64,000 bases of DNA, from NCBI GenBank assembly GCA_965261545.1, contig CBDHDF010000010.1:928001-992000 (forward strand), read 5' to 3'. The notes below the pieces were generated by a model. The model worked only from the letters and a program-made list of their open reading frames with translations. It was not told the origin of the DNA and did no database searches. Below are positions 27,611 through 37,090 of this stretch, piece by piece (positions within the stretch are counted from its first letter, which is position 1; every line of letters starts with the position of its first letter). The position numbers and the translations under genes were made by a program. Source of the DNA: Bdellovibrionales bacterium. GTDB taxonomy: Bacteria; Bdellovibrionota; Bdellovibrionia; Bdellovibrionales; UBA1609.

Positions 27611-30164
27611 CAATGGCATTCGTTTTTGCAGAAGGTTTTTCCACATTTTTCTGACTCCCTCTAACATACTGAGTTAAGGGGGCTTTTATCTTTTTTCTTT
27701 TTCCGAAAAAAAATACTTGAGTCCACCCCATCGTTGTGTCACATTATATTTGAACCATTCCCAAAGGGGAGAGACTCAAATGGACCCACGCATAGAGACA
27801 TTGCCTTCAACAACTTTTTTTGGAAGACGCTTGACGCGCAAGCAAATTGCCGACATTCAAAAGACGGTGGCGCTATTTCCTTCTTTAAGTCGCCGTGAAC
27901 TGGGTTATACAGTTTGTGAGCATCTTGGTTGGCTAACTCCCAAAGGTGATCATCGCATCCAATCGTGCCTTCGTATGCTTGAGACGCTAGAGGAACTTGA
28001 CATTCTATCCCTGCCAGAAAAAGACATGTCAAAGCGGAGTGTCCCCTCCAAAAAAATCACTTGGACACACCGAACAGATGAAAAGCCTCTCATCAACGAT
28101 AAACTAGACTCATTGACCCCACTTTCTTTGCAAATCGTAACTGATCAAGAGGCCATTAAGGAATGGAATGAAGTTGTCGATCGGCATCATTATCTCAATT
28201 ACAGACGTCCCTTTGGTCCCCATTTGCGCTATTTCATCCTAGATAATTGTGGGCGACGATTGGGTTGTCTTTTATTTGAAGCTGGCACATCCACTTTGCC
28301 TTGCCGTGATGAATGGATCGGTTGGCAAAATCGAGCTTACAAAAAGCACTTGAATTTAGTGGTGAACAATAGTCGATTTTTGATCTTTCCCTGGGTAAAG
28401 GTTCGCCATCTTGCTTCGATGGCTTTATCTATGGCAACTCGCCAACTTCCCACAGACTGGGAGTTAAAACATGCTTTCAAACCTGTACTCATGGAGACTT
28501 TTGTCGACCTTACCAAATTTAATGCCACGAGCTATCGTGCTGCCAACTGGCTTTATTTGGGCAAAACAAATGGGAGTCGTGCCTACAAAAATGTAAAGGG
28601 AAAAACTCAAAAAGGTGTTTATGTTCAACCTCTGACAAAGAATTATCAGTCTATCTTATTGAATGGCCCCCAATGCGCTATCAAGAAACCCGTCGGGAAA
28701 CCCACCATCAAGCCACATAAGAACTTGGCTGAGCCTATGCTAGAGGACTCTTTTGTGCATCTTTGGCAAAACATCATCAAGACAGTGGTTATCATTGCAG
28801 ATGAGTACGACCGAACCTGGCAAAAGCGTCAACGTGTCTTGAATACATTGTTGATTATACTTTTCATCTTCCGACTTGTTTTCTCTAAAGGAAAACAAGG
28901 TTATGATACAACTTTGATTGAACTTTGGGAGCAGTGTCGCATATTAGACATTGAACTCCCTCAACCTAAACCAGTTCGGGCATCCACTATGTGTAGTGCA
29001 CGGGCTAAAGTAGATGAAAATATATTTAAAGTTTTGCATGATGAAATTCTTAAACAAGACGGTATATCCAATTCTAGTACCTTATGGAAGGGCCATAAGG
29101 TTTTCGCAGTGGATGGATCGAAAATAAATTTACCACGTCAACTCGTAGATAATGGGTATCAGCAACCATGGGAAAAAGCATGGTACCCTCAAGGTCTTGT
29201 CAGTTGCCTGTACCAACTACAGTCGAAGATTCCTGTGGATTTTGATCTCTTTGCCCATAACAATGAGAGAAAGGCTGCACAAACTCATTTCAAAAAATTG
29301 TTTGAAAACGATGTTGTGGTTTATGATCGTGGCTATTATTCCTACGAAATGCTTCATGAGCATAAGGTGCGAAGTCTGCATGCGGTGTTTAGGATAAGGA
29401 GAAATGCCAACACTGTTTTTGATGAATTTATTAATAATGATCAAAAAGACTCAGTGATCCAAGTCATTCCTAGCAAGCAAATTCTGAAAGAACTACATAA
29501 AAAAAAGCCACAAGACGACTTCAAAGCCTACGCTTTGCGTTTGGTCAAATATAAAATTGGACAAACTACTTTTGTTCTAGGAACAACCTTAATGGATCAA
29601 AAAAAATATTCCATTGATGATCTGGCCAATCTCTATCATGGACGCTGGAGTATAGAGGAACTGTACAAAATATCCAAAGAACTGATGACCATTGAAGAGT
29701 TTCATTCTCAAAGTGAAAGGGGAGTCAAACAAGAATTGTTTGCACACTTCACACTTATCACTCTGACAAGATTATTTTCCAACTACACGGAAGACCGTCT
29801 TAATACATCTCAATCCCATAGTAAAAAACAAACCATGCAGACAAACTTTAAAAACAATTTACTGACAATTGCAAGAAATATTGAAGGTCTTTTTCTTCAA
29901 CAAAAGGTAGTGCTTAGTAAAACCCTCAATTGCATCATTACAAATATGAAGACCTGCCGACAAAGGCTACGTCCGAATAGGCATTACGACCGAGTTTCTA
30001 GAAAACCCATCGGAGTATGGAGACCCAGTAAAGAGGTTAGGGGGGCTATGGCCAACGGATAATCACATGGATCAAAGAAAAAAACTTGGGGTTAGCCCAC
30101 CCCCGAGGAGTTAGAGGTTCAAATCCTTAACCGAATGGGATCTCTCACTAAACGAATGCCATTG
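27611..30164 (+). mobile_element. IS4-like element, 2554 bp
   Basis: 15-bp TIR CAATGGCATTCGTTT (27611-27625 / 30150-30164); 10-bp TSD CCTCTTCATG (27601-27610 / 30165-30174). Confidence 0.95.
27780..30062 (+). CDS. DUF4338 (DruA-like) domain fused to IS4-family DDE transposase
   Basis: N-half HHYL.Y, RDEWIGW, NNSRFLIFPWV, ETFVD..YRAANW.YLG.T; C-half AVDGS, YDRGYYS, YHGRWSIEELYK. Confidence 0.88.
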   Translation: MDPRIETLPSTTFFGRRLTRKQIADIQKTVALFPSLSRRELGYTVCEHLGWLTPKGDHRIQSCLRMLETLEELDILSLPEKDMSKRSVPSKKITWTHRTDEKPLINDKLDSLTPLSLQIVTDQEAIKEWNEVVDRHHYLNYRRPFGPHLRYFILDNCGRRLGCLLFEAGTSTLPCRDEWIGWQNRAYKKHLNLVVNNSRFLIFPWVKVRHLASMALSMATRQLPTDWELKHAFKPVLMETFVDLTKFNATSYRAANWLYLGKTNGSRAYKNVKGKTQKGVYVQPLTKNYQSILLNGPQCAIKKPVGKPTIKPHKNLAEPMLEDSFVHLWQNIIKTVVIIADEYDRTWQKRQRVLNTLLIILFIFRLVFSKGKQGYDTTLIELWEQCRILDIELPQPKPVRASTMCSARAKVDENIFKVLHDEILKQDGISNSSTLWKGHKVFAVDGSKINLPRQLVDNGYQQPWEKAWYPQGLVSCLYQLQSKIPVDFDLFAHNNERKAAQTHFKKLFENDVVVYDRGYYSYEMLHEHKVRSLHAVFRIRRNANTVFDEFINNDQKDSVIQVIPSKQILKELHKKKPQDDFKAYALRLVKYKIGQTTFVLGTTLMDQKKYSIDDLANLYHGRWSIEELYKISKELMTIEEFHSQSERGVKQELFAHFTLITLTRLFSNYTEDRLNTSQSHSKKQTMQTNFKNNLLTIARNIEGLFLQQKVVLSKTLNCIITNMKTCRQRLRPNRHYDRVSRKPIGVWRPSKEVRGAMANG

Positions 30165-30899
30165 CCTCTTCATGGGCTGTGTCGATCTGTGACAAACGAT
30201 CTCGACGCTGCTTATCTTCAGCTTCAAGTCGCTCTCGCATGAGTTCGTCTTGAGACAAATTCCACAAATTTTTGACGGCTCTTCCCATGTCCCTTCCTTT
30301 TTTGGCTAGCTCTTGACTGGTTTGTTGATTCAGCTCATCCGATCTCTTTAAGAAATAGCACCACGCTTCACGCTGGTCAACAAGGCTGTCTAATCTGCCA
30401 ATGAACTTGTTCAATTCTACAATGACAAATTGCATACCATCGGTGAGTCTCAAATGAGGGTATCTATCCTGCCTCATGCTGCATGTGTGGTAATAATCGT
30501 TGTCCTTGCGTAGCTCAGGAAGGTCCACAGTACTGAAAACAAGGGAGTAAACAGTCTTAATTTCTCGTATTTTTCTCCTTCTTTCACTTGATTGGAGTAG
30601 ACCCGTCCCGCATAGGCAAGAAGGCGATTTGTAAAGTCTCTTTGGGAGACGGTTTGCATTTCCACGTTCACAGTTTCATTTTCAACCCATTCCCCACTGG
30701 ATAATTGTCGAGAGCAGCCCGGAGGGCCGCAGAGAGAACTCTCCTCGGTATATCTCGTGGAGCATCTTGCATACTTTGTTGATTTTCTTGAAAAAACTAA
30801 ACCCTTTATATCTCTTATATTCCATAATTTCCCTCTCCTTATATTATCCCTCTTATTAAAAGTGTCTCATAACGATTTCGCATAGTATAGGGTTGCTGC

Positions 30900-31456
30900 G
30901 GCTTTACTCTCACATCAACTCTTATGGCGGTTGGCATCGCCTCGCTCACACTTATGGCCGTGCTGGGCATGATTAATTTTCAACAAATTGAAGGCAAAGC
31001 CATCAATCAACAACTTGCACGTGCTTCCTTAAAATACAACATCTTACAAACCCTTAAAAACCCCCAAAACTGCCTCTGCCAATTTAATGACTTAGCCTCT
31101 CCACCTCACACCATTGATACCACAAAAACGGCCCAAGGAACTCCTGGGTATGAAATCGACCTTGGAATCTTTAGAAGTGGTTGCTCGGATAGCTCTGACG
31201 ATAATATTTTAGCCAAAGAAAACGAAATTATCAGGGGAAGCGCTGGAATATCAGCTCTCACTGTGAAAGTCTCAGGCATTTTAGATACAGAAACGAGCAA
31301 TGAGTTTTTAGGGGATTTGACCATACCATTTAAAGAAGAGGGGCTCGTCCGTATCATGAAAAATCTAACGGTTCCGATATGTATCAACAGCAGTAATAAT
31401 GCATGCTCCGCCGAGGGCTCTTGCTCTAGACTTGGACGCAGAAAATTAGTTAGTTG
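30900..31456 (+). pseudogene. Prepilin/pseudopilin-like gene remnant, interrupted by IS
   Basis: In-frame GFTLTSTLMAVGIASL just downstream of TAG (30888); 3' end cut by the IS at 31457. Confidence 0.6.
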
Positions 31457-33355
31457 CCTGAAATCCCTAAAAGTTGTAACTAGGTTTAATGTATTGCGTT
31501 AACTTTCCTCTCTTCCTATGGAATTGGCTGCTGTCAACGGTTTGAGAGGTTTAATAGTATTAATATATTTAATATGATTCATAAGAATTTGCTGCGAAAG
31601 GTCCTCTTCGTCTCCATTGGATAGATGAGGCATAGTGGTAGCCACAGCCACCGTCACATTTGAAACAGATAAAAAACATCATTTTGTCTTGGGAAGCCCA
31701 TCTATGTGGAAGGCTGAAAAAATATCCTTTTGTTTTTTAGACAGCTCTCCAAGCATCAGATCACCTGTAGCTAATTCATAAAATTTTAATCGGTCCATCA
31801 TTTTGTAAATTTCTATTTTAGACATTTTTTTATATAACTTCTTATCTTTCATAACAGTATCAATATGTGAAATTAAAATTAAAGAGAGAAAATTAATAAA
31901 GATGCTTCCCCTCATATTCATGAGAGAATGAACTCGACTTCTCCTTCCATTAATATCATGCTTGAATGAGAAAAATACTTTCTCAATGATATCTTTGTTT
32001 CGATATAAACTCAATATATCTGTTTTCTTTAAATCATGACTATTTGTAATTAATATCATAATACCCAGCGTAGAAGATTCTTCATTAATATTTTCTTCAT
32101 TTAAAGAAATCTTAAATGGAGTGCAATCAGAGATATTGAGAAACCTTTTTTTATTTCCTAAAGTTTCTTTCATATAGGAACTAGCTTGTTCTTCTGATTT
32201 CAAATCTTTCTCAAGAAAGAGTTTCATAAAATCAAGCAACTCTTTCATTAACACAGATTCCTCATAAACCCTTCTTTCTTTGTCTAAGAAAATATGAGCC
32301 GTACAATCAAATCCTCCGATTTTTATTGATTCTTTGCAATGCGAATAAATTTCCTCATTAAAAGTAAAAGAGCATGATGGAGATTTTATTTTCTCATTTA
32401 AAGCCACAGCAAGCTCTCTTGAGAGTTTTGTTCTAAAACTCATGGGTATCAAATACTTCAATTCCTTACGATGCAGTCCCTTAATATTTTCTACACTAGA
32501 AAAACCCTTATCCATAACTAAACAATCTAAATCTAATTTATAACTTGTTATGATCTCAATAATATTCGATAAAGTTTTGACATCCGGTATACTTCCAGGA
32601 TAGATTCTGTACGCTATAGGCGTATGAGTTTTATTGTCTTCAGATTTCCTACTTATCAGACCTAAGTTTATCTGTTCGAGATTCTCTCCATCTCTGTTGT
32701 AACCTTTCTCTAAAAATTCATTATTCATAGAGTAGGAAGAAAAGGATGTGATGTCAAACATTACCGTACCAGAACCCTTCACTTGACTTATCCATTCGCT
32801 AAAGAAAGATTCTATCTTTTTTTGATCTCTCCCAAGATCACATAAGAGATTGCTTATTTTTTGTGACGACATAAAATTTTTCTTTGAAACATAAGCTTCT
32901 TGACACCACATATCGTAAAGATAAAAGGGCTCTCTTTTGATTATTTTAAAAAAAGCTAAATGCAAATAATGTTCGTAATTATCTGGATAAATTTTAGACA
33001 ATGTTTTTAGAAGATTTAGTTGTTCGCATATTTTCTCTAAGAAAAATAAGGCTCCCACATTATAGGAGCCTATGGGAATCTTTTTTCTTTTGGTCTTAAT
33101 TTGACCTGTAAACTCATCCTTTCTTCCAAGGTAGATGCGTTTTTGCCTGGCCTGCTTTTTTTCCTTGTCCCAAAAGCTTTCAACTTTATAGACATAGGTT
33201 TTTCCCTTATTTTTTTGCTCAAAAGTGTATGACATCGTTAATATTGTAACTATGCTTTTGAAGAGATGACAATCTCTTAATCAAAGTGAAGGCCTTCTCA
33301 GACAATAATCAGGACTTAAGCCCTACACCTAGTTACAACTTTTAGGGATTTCAGG
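31457..33355 (-). mobile_element. IS1634-family element A, 1899 bp
   Basis: 29-bp TIR CCTGAAATCCCTAAAAGTTGTAACTAGGT; 6-bp TSD TAGTTG (31451-31456 / 33356-33361). Confidence 0.95.
31679..33235 (-). CDS. IS1634-family transposase
   Basis: YVY.VES.WDKEKKQARQKR.YLG, FDITSFSSYS, GYNRDG..QINLG, MDKGF, YRNKD.IEK.F. Confidence 0.92.
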   Translation of the reverse strand: MSYTFEQKNKGKTYVYKVESFWDKEKKQARQKRIYLGRKDEFTGQIKTKRKKIPIGSYNVGALFFLEKICEQLNLLKTLSKIYPDNYEHYLHLAFFKIIKREPFYLYDMWCQEAYVSKKNFMSSQKISNLLCDLGRDQKKIESFFSEWISQVKGSGTVMFDITSFSSYSMNNEFLEKGYNRDGENLEQINLGLISRKSEDNKTHTPIAYRIYPGSIPDVKTLSNIIEIITSYKLDLDCLVMDKGFSSVENIKGLHRKELKYLIPMSFRTKLSRELAVALNEKIKSPSCSFTFNEEIYSHCKESIKIGGFDCTAHIFLDKERRVYEESVLMKELLDFMKLFLEKDLKSEEQASSYMKETLGNKKRFLNISDCTPFKISLNEENINEESSTLGIMILITNSHDLKKTDILSLYRNKDIIEKVFFSFKHDINGRRSRVHSLMNMRGSIFINFLSLILISHIDTVMKDKKLYKKMSKIEIYKMMDRLKFYELATGDLMLGELSKKQKDIFSAFHIDGLPKTK

Positions 33356-33363
33356 TAGTTGGT
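32955..33363. repeat. 409-bp direct repeat, copy 1 (left flank of IS B)
   Basis: Identical by eye to 35277-35685. Confidence 0.93.
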
Positions 33364-35276
33364 CCCGAGTTTGACAGCAGCATCTGCGTCAAACGAATGA
33401 TATTAAAGGATTAACGCATATAGTTGTATTTTGTTTATCCACACTTGTGGGCATTAAGGATTCTGGGAGGGATGGGGACGCCTGCGGCTTTAAATAAGGA
33501 GTTGGCATTGCCAGTGATATCTGTGCGGGTCCAAATGACTTGATCACGAATTTTAACAGGGATAGCCCTAACTTCCTTGAGTTCCCTCATGGCCTCTACA
33601 ACAGTTAAAGGTCGCTCTTTAACATGACCAATGCCTATGGCTGGGCTTTTTAGGTTCATCTTCTTATCTCTTAAACATTTTGTAAGGTGGGCCTCACAAA
33701 GATAAGTTAAAAAGCATAGAGTTAAATGTCCAATAATCCTCTGGTCTGTCCAATGGAAAACAGGACGTGTTTTCAAAGTCCCTTTTAACTCACCAAAAGC
33801 ATCTTCAATTTTCCACAATTCTTTGTAGTTGATAATAATCTCATCTGCCGTCAAGTCTTTGACATTTGTAAGGACGGCAAAAAAACCATCAATTTTTTCA
33901 TCTAATTCTATTTGTTCTGCATTTAATTCAGGTTTTTTATTTTTGTCGTCAGCCATCTTTACATATTTCTTATAACCTTTATTGGAAACAAAAGTACTAG
34001 ACTGAACACCTTTAGAAGATAGTTTTCCTTCGATCTTTTCAAGAAGGGATTCTCTAGATTTTTTATCCCTCTCTGCTCTTTTCCTAGACCAAGTCACAAT
34101 ACATCTATGCCCCCCATGGTCTGTTTCGTAAACAGCAAGCTCATTCTCATATACCCAGCTAAAACGATTTAAATCATAGACCTCTTGTTTCTTTTCTTTT
34201 TTTAAAGATCCAAGCTTCATACCAACAATAAACTCGCTTTGATCCTCACTGAGTTTGTCAGTATTAGCCTTTGATAAAAGCCCCCTATCAGCCACAAAAA
34301 TGAAACGGCGTACATTAAACTTTTTTCTCATTTTATCAACAATATCTGAAAGCGTCTTGCCTTCAAAAGTATTACCAGGGAAAACCTCAAAACCTAAAGG
34401 GATGCCATCCCGATTCACCAACAAACCAAAGACAACTTGGGTGCAGTCTGATCGTCTCTCTTTACTATAGCCAAATTGACGAAGTTTCCCTAAGTCTGTT
34501 CTTGTACTCTCGAAGCGTAAGGTTGTTAAATCATACAACACAATGTCTACTTGGAAATTAAATAAATCTCGCCCCACCCAATAAAGCGAGTTCTCTATTT
34601 CATCCTTATGGGAGGCAAGTAAGTCCATAGACCGATAAATATGCTGGAGACTCAAATCACCCTTAATCATGTCTGGGTAAAAAGATTTTTGCCAATACTC
34701 AAAAACCTTTAACTTGGAACTAGGAGCAATAAATCGGATGGCAACTAAGGTAAAAATCACCTTACATAAATCAAATTGAACTTTCTCATGAGAATCTTTT
34801 ATGTCTTTGAGGGTCTTATTGATACCCAGTTGATCAAACAACTTTTGTAAAATCAGCAAGGGACCCAAAATGAAAGTCTCTTCGATGTAAAGCTCCTTAG
34901 CCAATTGACTCACAGTGAGAAGCTCTCGGTGGCGGGATACGGCCTGCGCCAAACTATTAATCTTATCCTCTCCTCCTTCTCCAGCCTTACCTAAGGACAT
35001 GAGCATGCGTTTTTTGGATTTGCCTTTTTCTCTGTAGGACTCCACAAGGTGGTAGTAGCACTGACCTTTTGAGTTTTTAGTCGTTTGGATGTACATGAGG
35101 ATATTTTCTACATATTTCTATGATATATCAATATTTAAAACGATAAAATCCTATTTTGTTTTCTACACTTTTTTTACGTCAATTTTAATTTTTCCAGCAG
35201 CTACCATTATATTTCAGTACAACCCCAATTTCTGGAAATTTCGCATTTTAACGCAGATGCTGCTGTCAAACTCGGG
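33364..35276 (-). mobile_element. IS1634-family element B, 1913 bp, flanked by 409-bp direct repeats
   Basis: 26-bp TIR CCCGAGTTTGACAGCAGCATCTGCGT (33364-33389 / 35251-35276). Confidence 0.95.
33435..35096 (-). CDS. IS1634-family transposase
   Basis: LVESYRE.GK, YDLTTLRFE, FGYSKERRSD..QV, VADRGL, YK.LWKIEDAF..LK..L..RPVFHW. Confidence 0.93.
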   Translation of the reverse strand: MYIQTTKNSKGQCYYHLVESYREKGKSKKRMLMSLGKAGEGGEDKINSLAQAVSRHRELLTVSQLAKELYIEETFILGPLLILQKLFDQLGINKTLKDIKDSHEKVQFDLCKVIFTLVAIRFIAPSSKLKVFEYWQKSFYPDMIKGDLSLQHIYRSMDLLASHKDEIENSLYWVGRDLFNFQVDIVLYDLTTLRFESTRTDLGKLRQFGYSKERRSDCTQVVFGLLVNRDGIPLGFEVFPGNTFEGKTLSDIVDKMRKKFNVRRFIFVADRGLLSKANTDKLSEDQSEFIVGMKLGSLKKEKKQEVYDLNRFSWVYENELAVYETDHGGHRCIVTWSRKRAERDKKSRESLLEKIEGKLSSKGVQSSTFVSNKGYKKYVKMADDKNKKPELNAEQIELDEKIDGFFAVLTNVKDLTADEIIINYKELWKIEDAFGELKGTLKTRPVFHWTDQRIIGHLTLCFLTYLCEAHLTKCLRDKKMNLKSPAIGIGHVKERPLTVVEAMRELKEVRAIPVKIRDQVIWTRTDITGNANSLFKAAGVPIPPRILNAHKCG

Positions 35277-35685
35277 GCTAAATGCAAATAATGTTCGTAA
35301 TTATCTGGATAAATTTTAGACAATGTTTTTAGAAGATTTAGTTGTTCGCATATTTTCTCTAAGAAAAATAAGGCTCCCACATTATAGGAGCCTATGGGAA
35401 TCTTTTTTCTTTTGGTCTTAATTTGACCTGTAAACTCATCCTTTCTTCCAAGGTAGATGCGTTTTTGCCTGGCCTGCTTTTTTTCCTTGTCCCAAAAGCT
35501 TTCAACTTTATAGACATAGGTTTTTCCCTTATTTTTTTGCTCAAAAGTGTATGACATCGTTAATATTGTAACTATGCTTTTGAAGAGATGACAATCTCTT
35601 AATCAAAGTGAAGGCCTTCTCAGACAATAATCAGGACTTAAGCCCTACACCTAGTTACAACTTTTAGGGATTTCAGGTAGTTGGT
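35277..35685. repeat. 409-bp direct repeat, copy 2 (duplicated IS A end and transposase 5' fragment)
   Basis: Begins immediately after the IS B TIR; contains the IS A TIR ending at 35677 plus TAGTTGGT. Confidence 0.93.
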
Positions 35686-36010
35686 ACAACCCGTTCTTGC
35701 AGTCGGGATACTCCGCGTGGTGTACGTGTCGGTTATGTATATGGAGTTCTACCGGGGTTGCGATTAGAATGTGGCAGCCGTGATTCAAAATAGGCTGCAC
35801 GTGAAGGTTTGGCCGACCAACTTGTCCTGGGGCGTCATCAAAGGCTATGCAGGCGCGGCCGACATTAAAGGGCGGACATATGCTGTTCGAGAACTATACC
35901 AGCAAAGGCGCAATCACTCCTTCGAGTTGATTGGTGCTTCGTGCAAAGTGGGGGGCTAGATAAGATTCATGGGCGTGGGTGGGGAAGCAAGGCGCCCCCA
36001 TGAGTTACTA

Positions 36011-36484
36011 TTACCAATTATAATGGGCAAAAGCCTTATTGGCATCCGCCATACGATGAACATCGTCTTTTTTCTTAATGGAATTTCCTCGGTTATTGTA
36101 AGCATCCGCCAACTCATGGGCTAAGCGAGTTGACATGGATTTTTCTCCCCGCTCGCGAGCATAGGAAATAATCCACCTCATGGCCAAGGTTAAGCGACGA
36201 GCAGGCCGCACATCCACAGGAACTTGATAAGTCGCTCCACCCACACGACGTGAGCGCACCTCCAGAGAAGGCTTGCAGTTCTCAACAGCCTTCTTAAAAA
36301 CAGCCAATGGCTCTTCTACAGAAACCTTGCCTTTAAGCTCATCAAAAGCCGCATACAACAGCTTCTCAGCGGTGTTCTTTTTGCCACCGATCATAAGCTT
36401 GCGAATAAACCGAGCTACAGTCACATCGTTGTGAATGGGATCGGGATCCACTTCTCTTTTATAATTACCCTTACGCCTAGACAT
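36011..36484 (-). CDS. rpsG: 30S ribosomal protein S7
   Basis: [23 protein letters not shown]. Confidence 0.98.
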   Translation of the reverse strand: MSRRKGNYKREVDPDPIHNDVTVARFIRKLMIGGKKNTAEKLLYAAFDELKGKVSVEEPLAVFKKAVENCKPSLEVRSRRVGGATYQVPVDVRPARRLTLAMRWIISYARERGEKSMSTRLAHELADAYNNRGNSIKKKDDVHRMADANKAFAHYNW

Positions 36485-36528
36485 GAAACACTTATCCTTT
36501 TAAGAACCTTTTAAAAATTTTTTAAAAA

Positions 36529-36903
36529 CTATTCCTTGGGCCTTTTTGTACCATACTTTGAGCGGCTACGCTTACGATCATTCACCCCTTGGGTATCGAG
36601 AACTCCTCTCACGGTATGATAGCGCACACCAGGCAAGTCCTTCACTCGCCCCCCACGAATGAGAACCACACTATGCTCCTGAAGATTATGGCCAATGCCC
36701 GGTATATAGGAGTTGACCTCAAAATTATTGGACAGGCGCACACGAGCCACTTTTCTCAAAGCTGAATTCGGCTTCTTGGGCGTTGTGGTAAAAACGCGCG
36801 TGCAAACCCCTCGACGCTGAGGACATGCAGACAGTGCTGGAGACTTCGACTTTCCCTTCTGCAAAACCCGCTGTTTGCGAATCAACTGATTAATTGTTGG
36901 CAT
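36529..36903 (-). CDS. rpsL: 30S ribosomal protein S12
   Basis: [25 protein letters not shown]. Confidence 0.99.
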   Translation of the reverse strand: MPTINQLIRKQRVLQKGKSKSPALSACPQRRGVCTRVFTTTPKKPNSALRKVARVRLSNNFEVNSYIPGIGHNLQEHSVVLIRGGRVKDLPGVRYHTVRGVLDTQGVNDRKRSRSKYGTKRPKE

Positions 36904-37090
36904 TCCAACACCTCACTCTATTTCTTGCGACCCAATTCATTTGCACTCCTCACTCATTGCAACTCTCAATTCTAAACGGCTTGCACTCCTCACTTCTGAT
37001 TCTTAATTTTTAATATTCTCAGCGCAAAGAAACTTCTCATCGCACTGAATTCTTATACCCTACCAAAGGCATTCGTCAACTCCTTCTTTA

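Larger units (their letters stand above)
27465..30680 (-). pseudogene. Rpn / PD-(D/E)XK nuclease family pseudogene, split by IS and frameshifted
   Basis: NVEMQ..RLLAYA..YS.Q (30474-30671), VEL.KF..W.YFLK (30165-30528), EAIALKMILKG..IAEATGLSEDEI (27465-27610). TSD CCTCTTCATG joins the halves. Confidence 0.85.

Noticed and set aside
30124..30140. CTTAACCGAATGG as a nested inner IS end
   Set aside because: Only a partial match to the TIR and no associated TSD.
35207..35557. 116-aa ORF as an independent gene or third IS1634 copy
   Set aside because: It is the duplicated 5' end of transposase A within the 409-bp repeat, running into the IS B TIR.
32955..35685. IS B inserted into a second IS A copy followed by deletion
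   Set aside because: Both copies include the same 8 bp of outside flank (TAGTTGGT) and abut the TIRs exactly, which a single long duplication explains more simply. Not fully excluded without reads.
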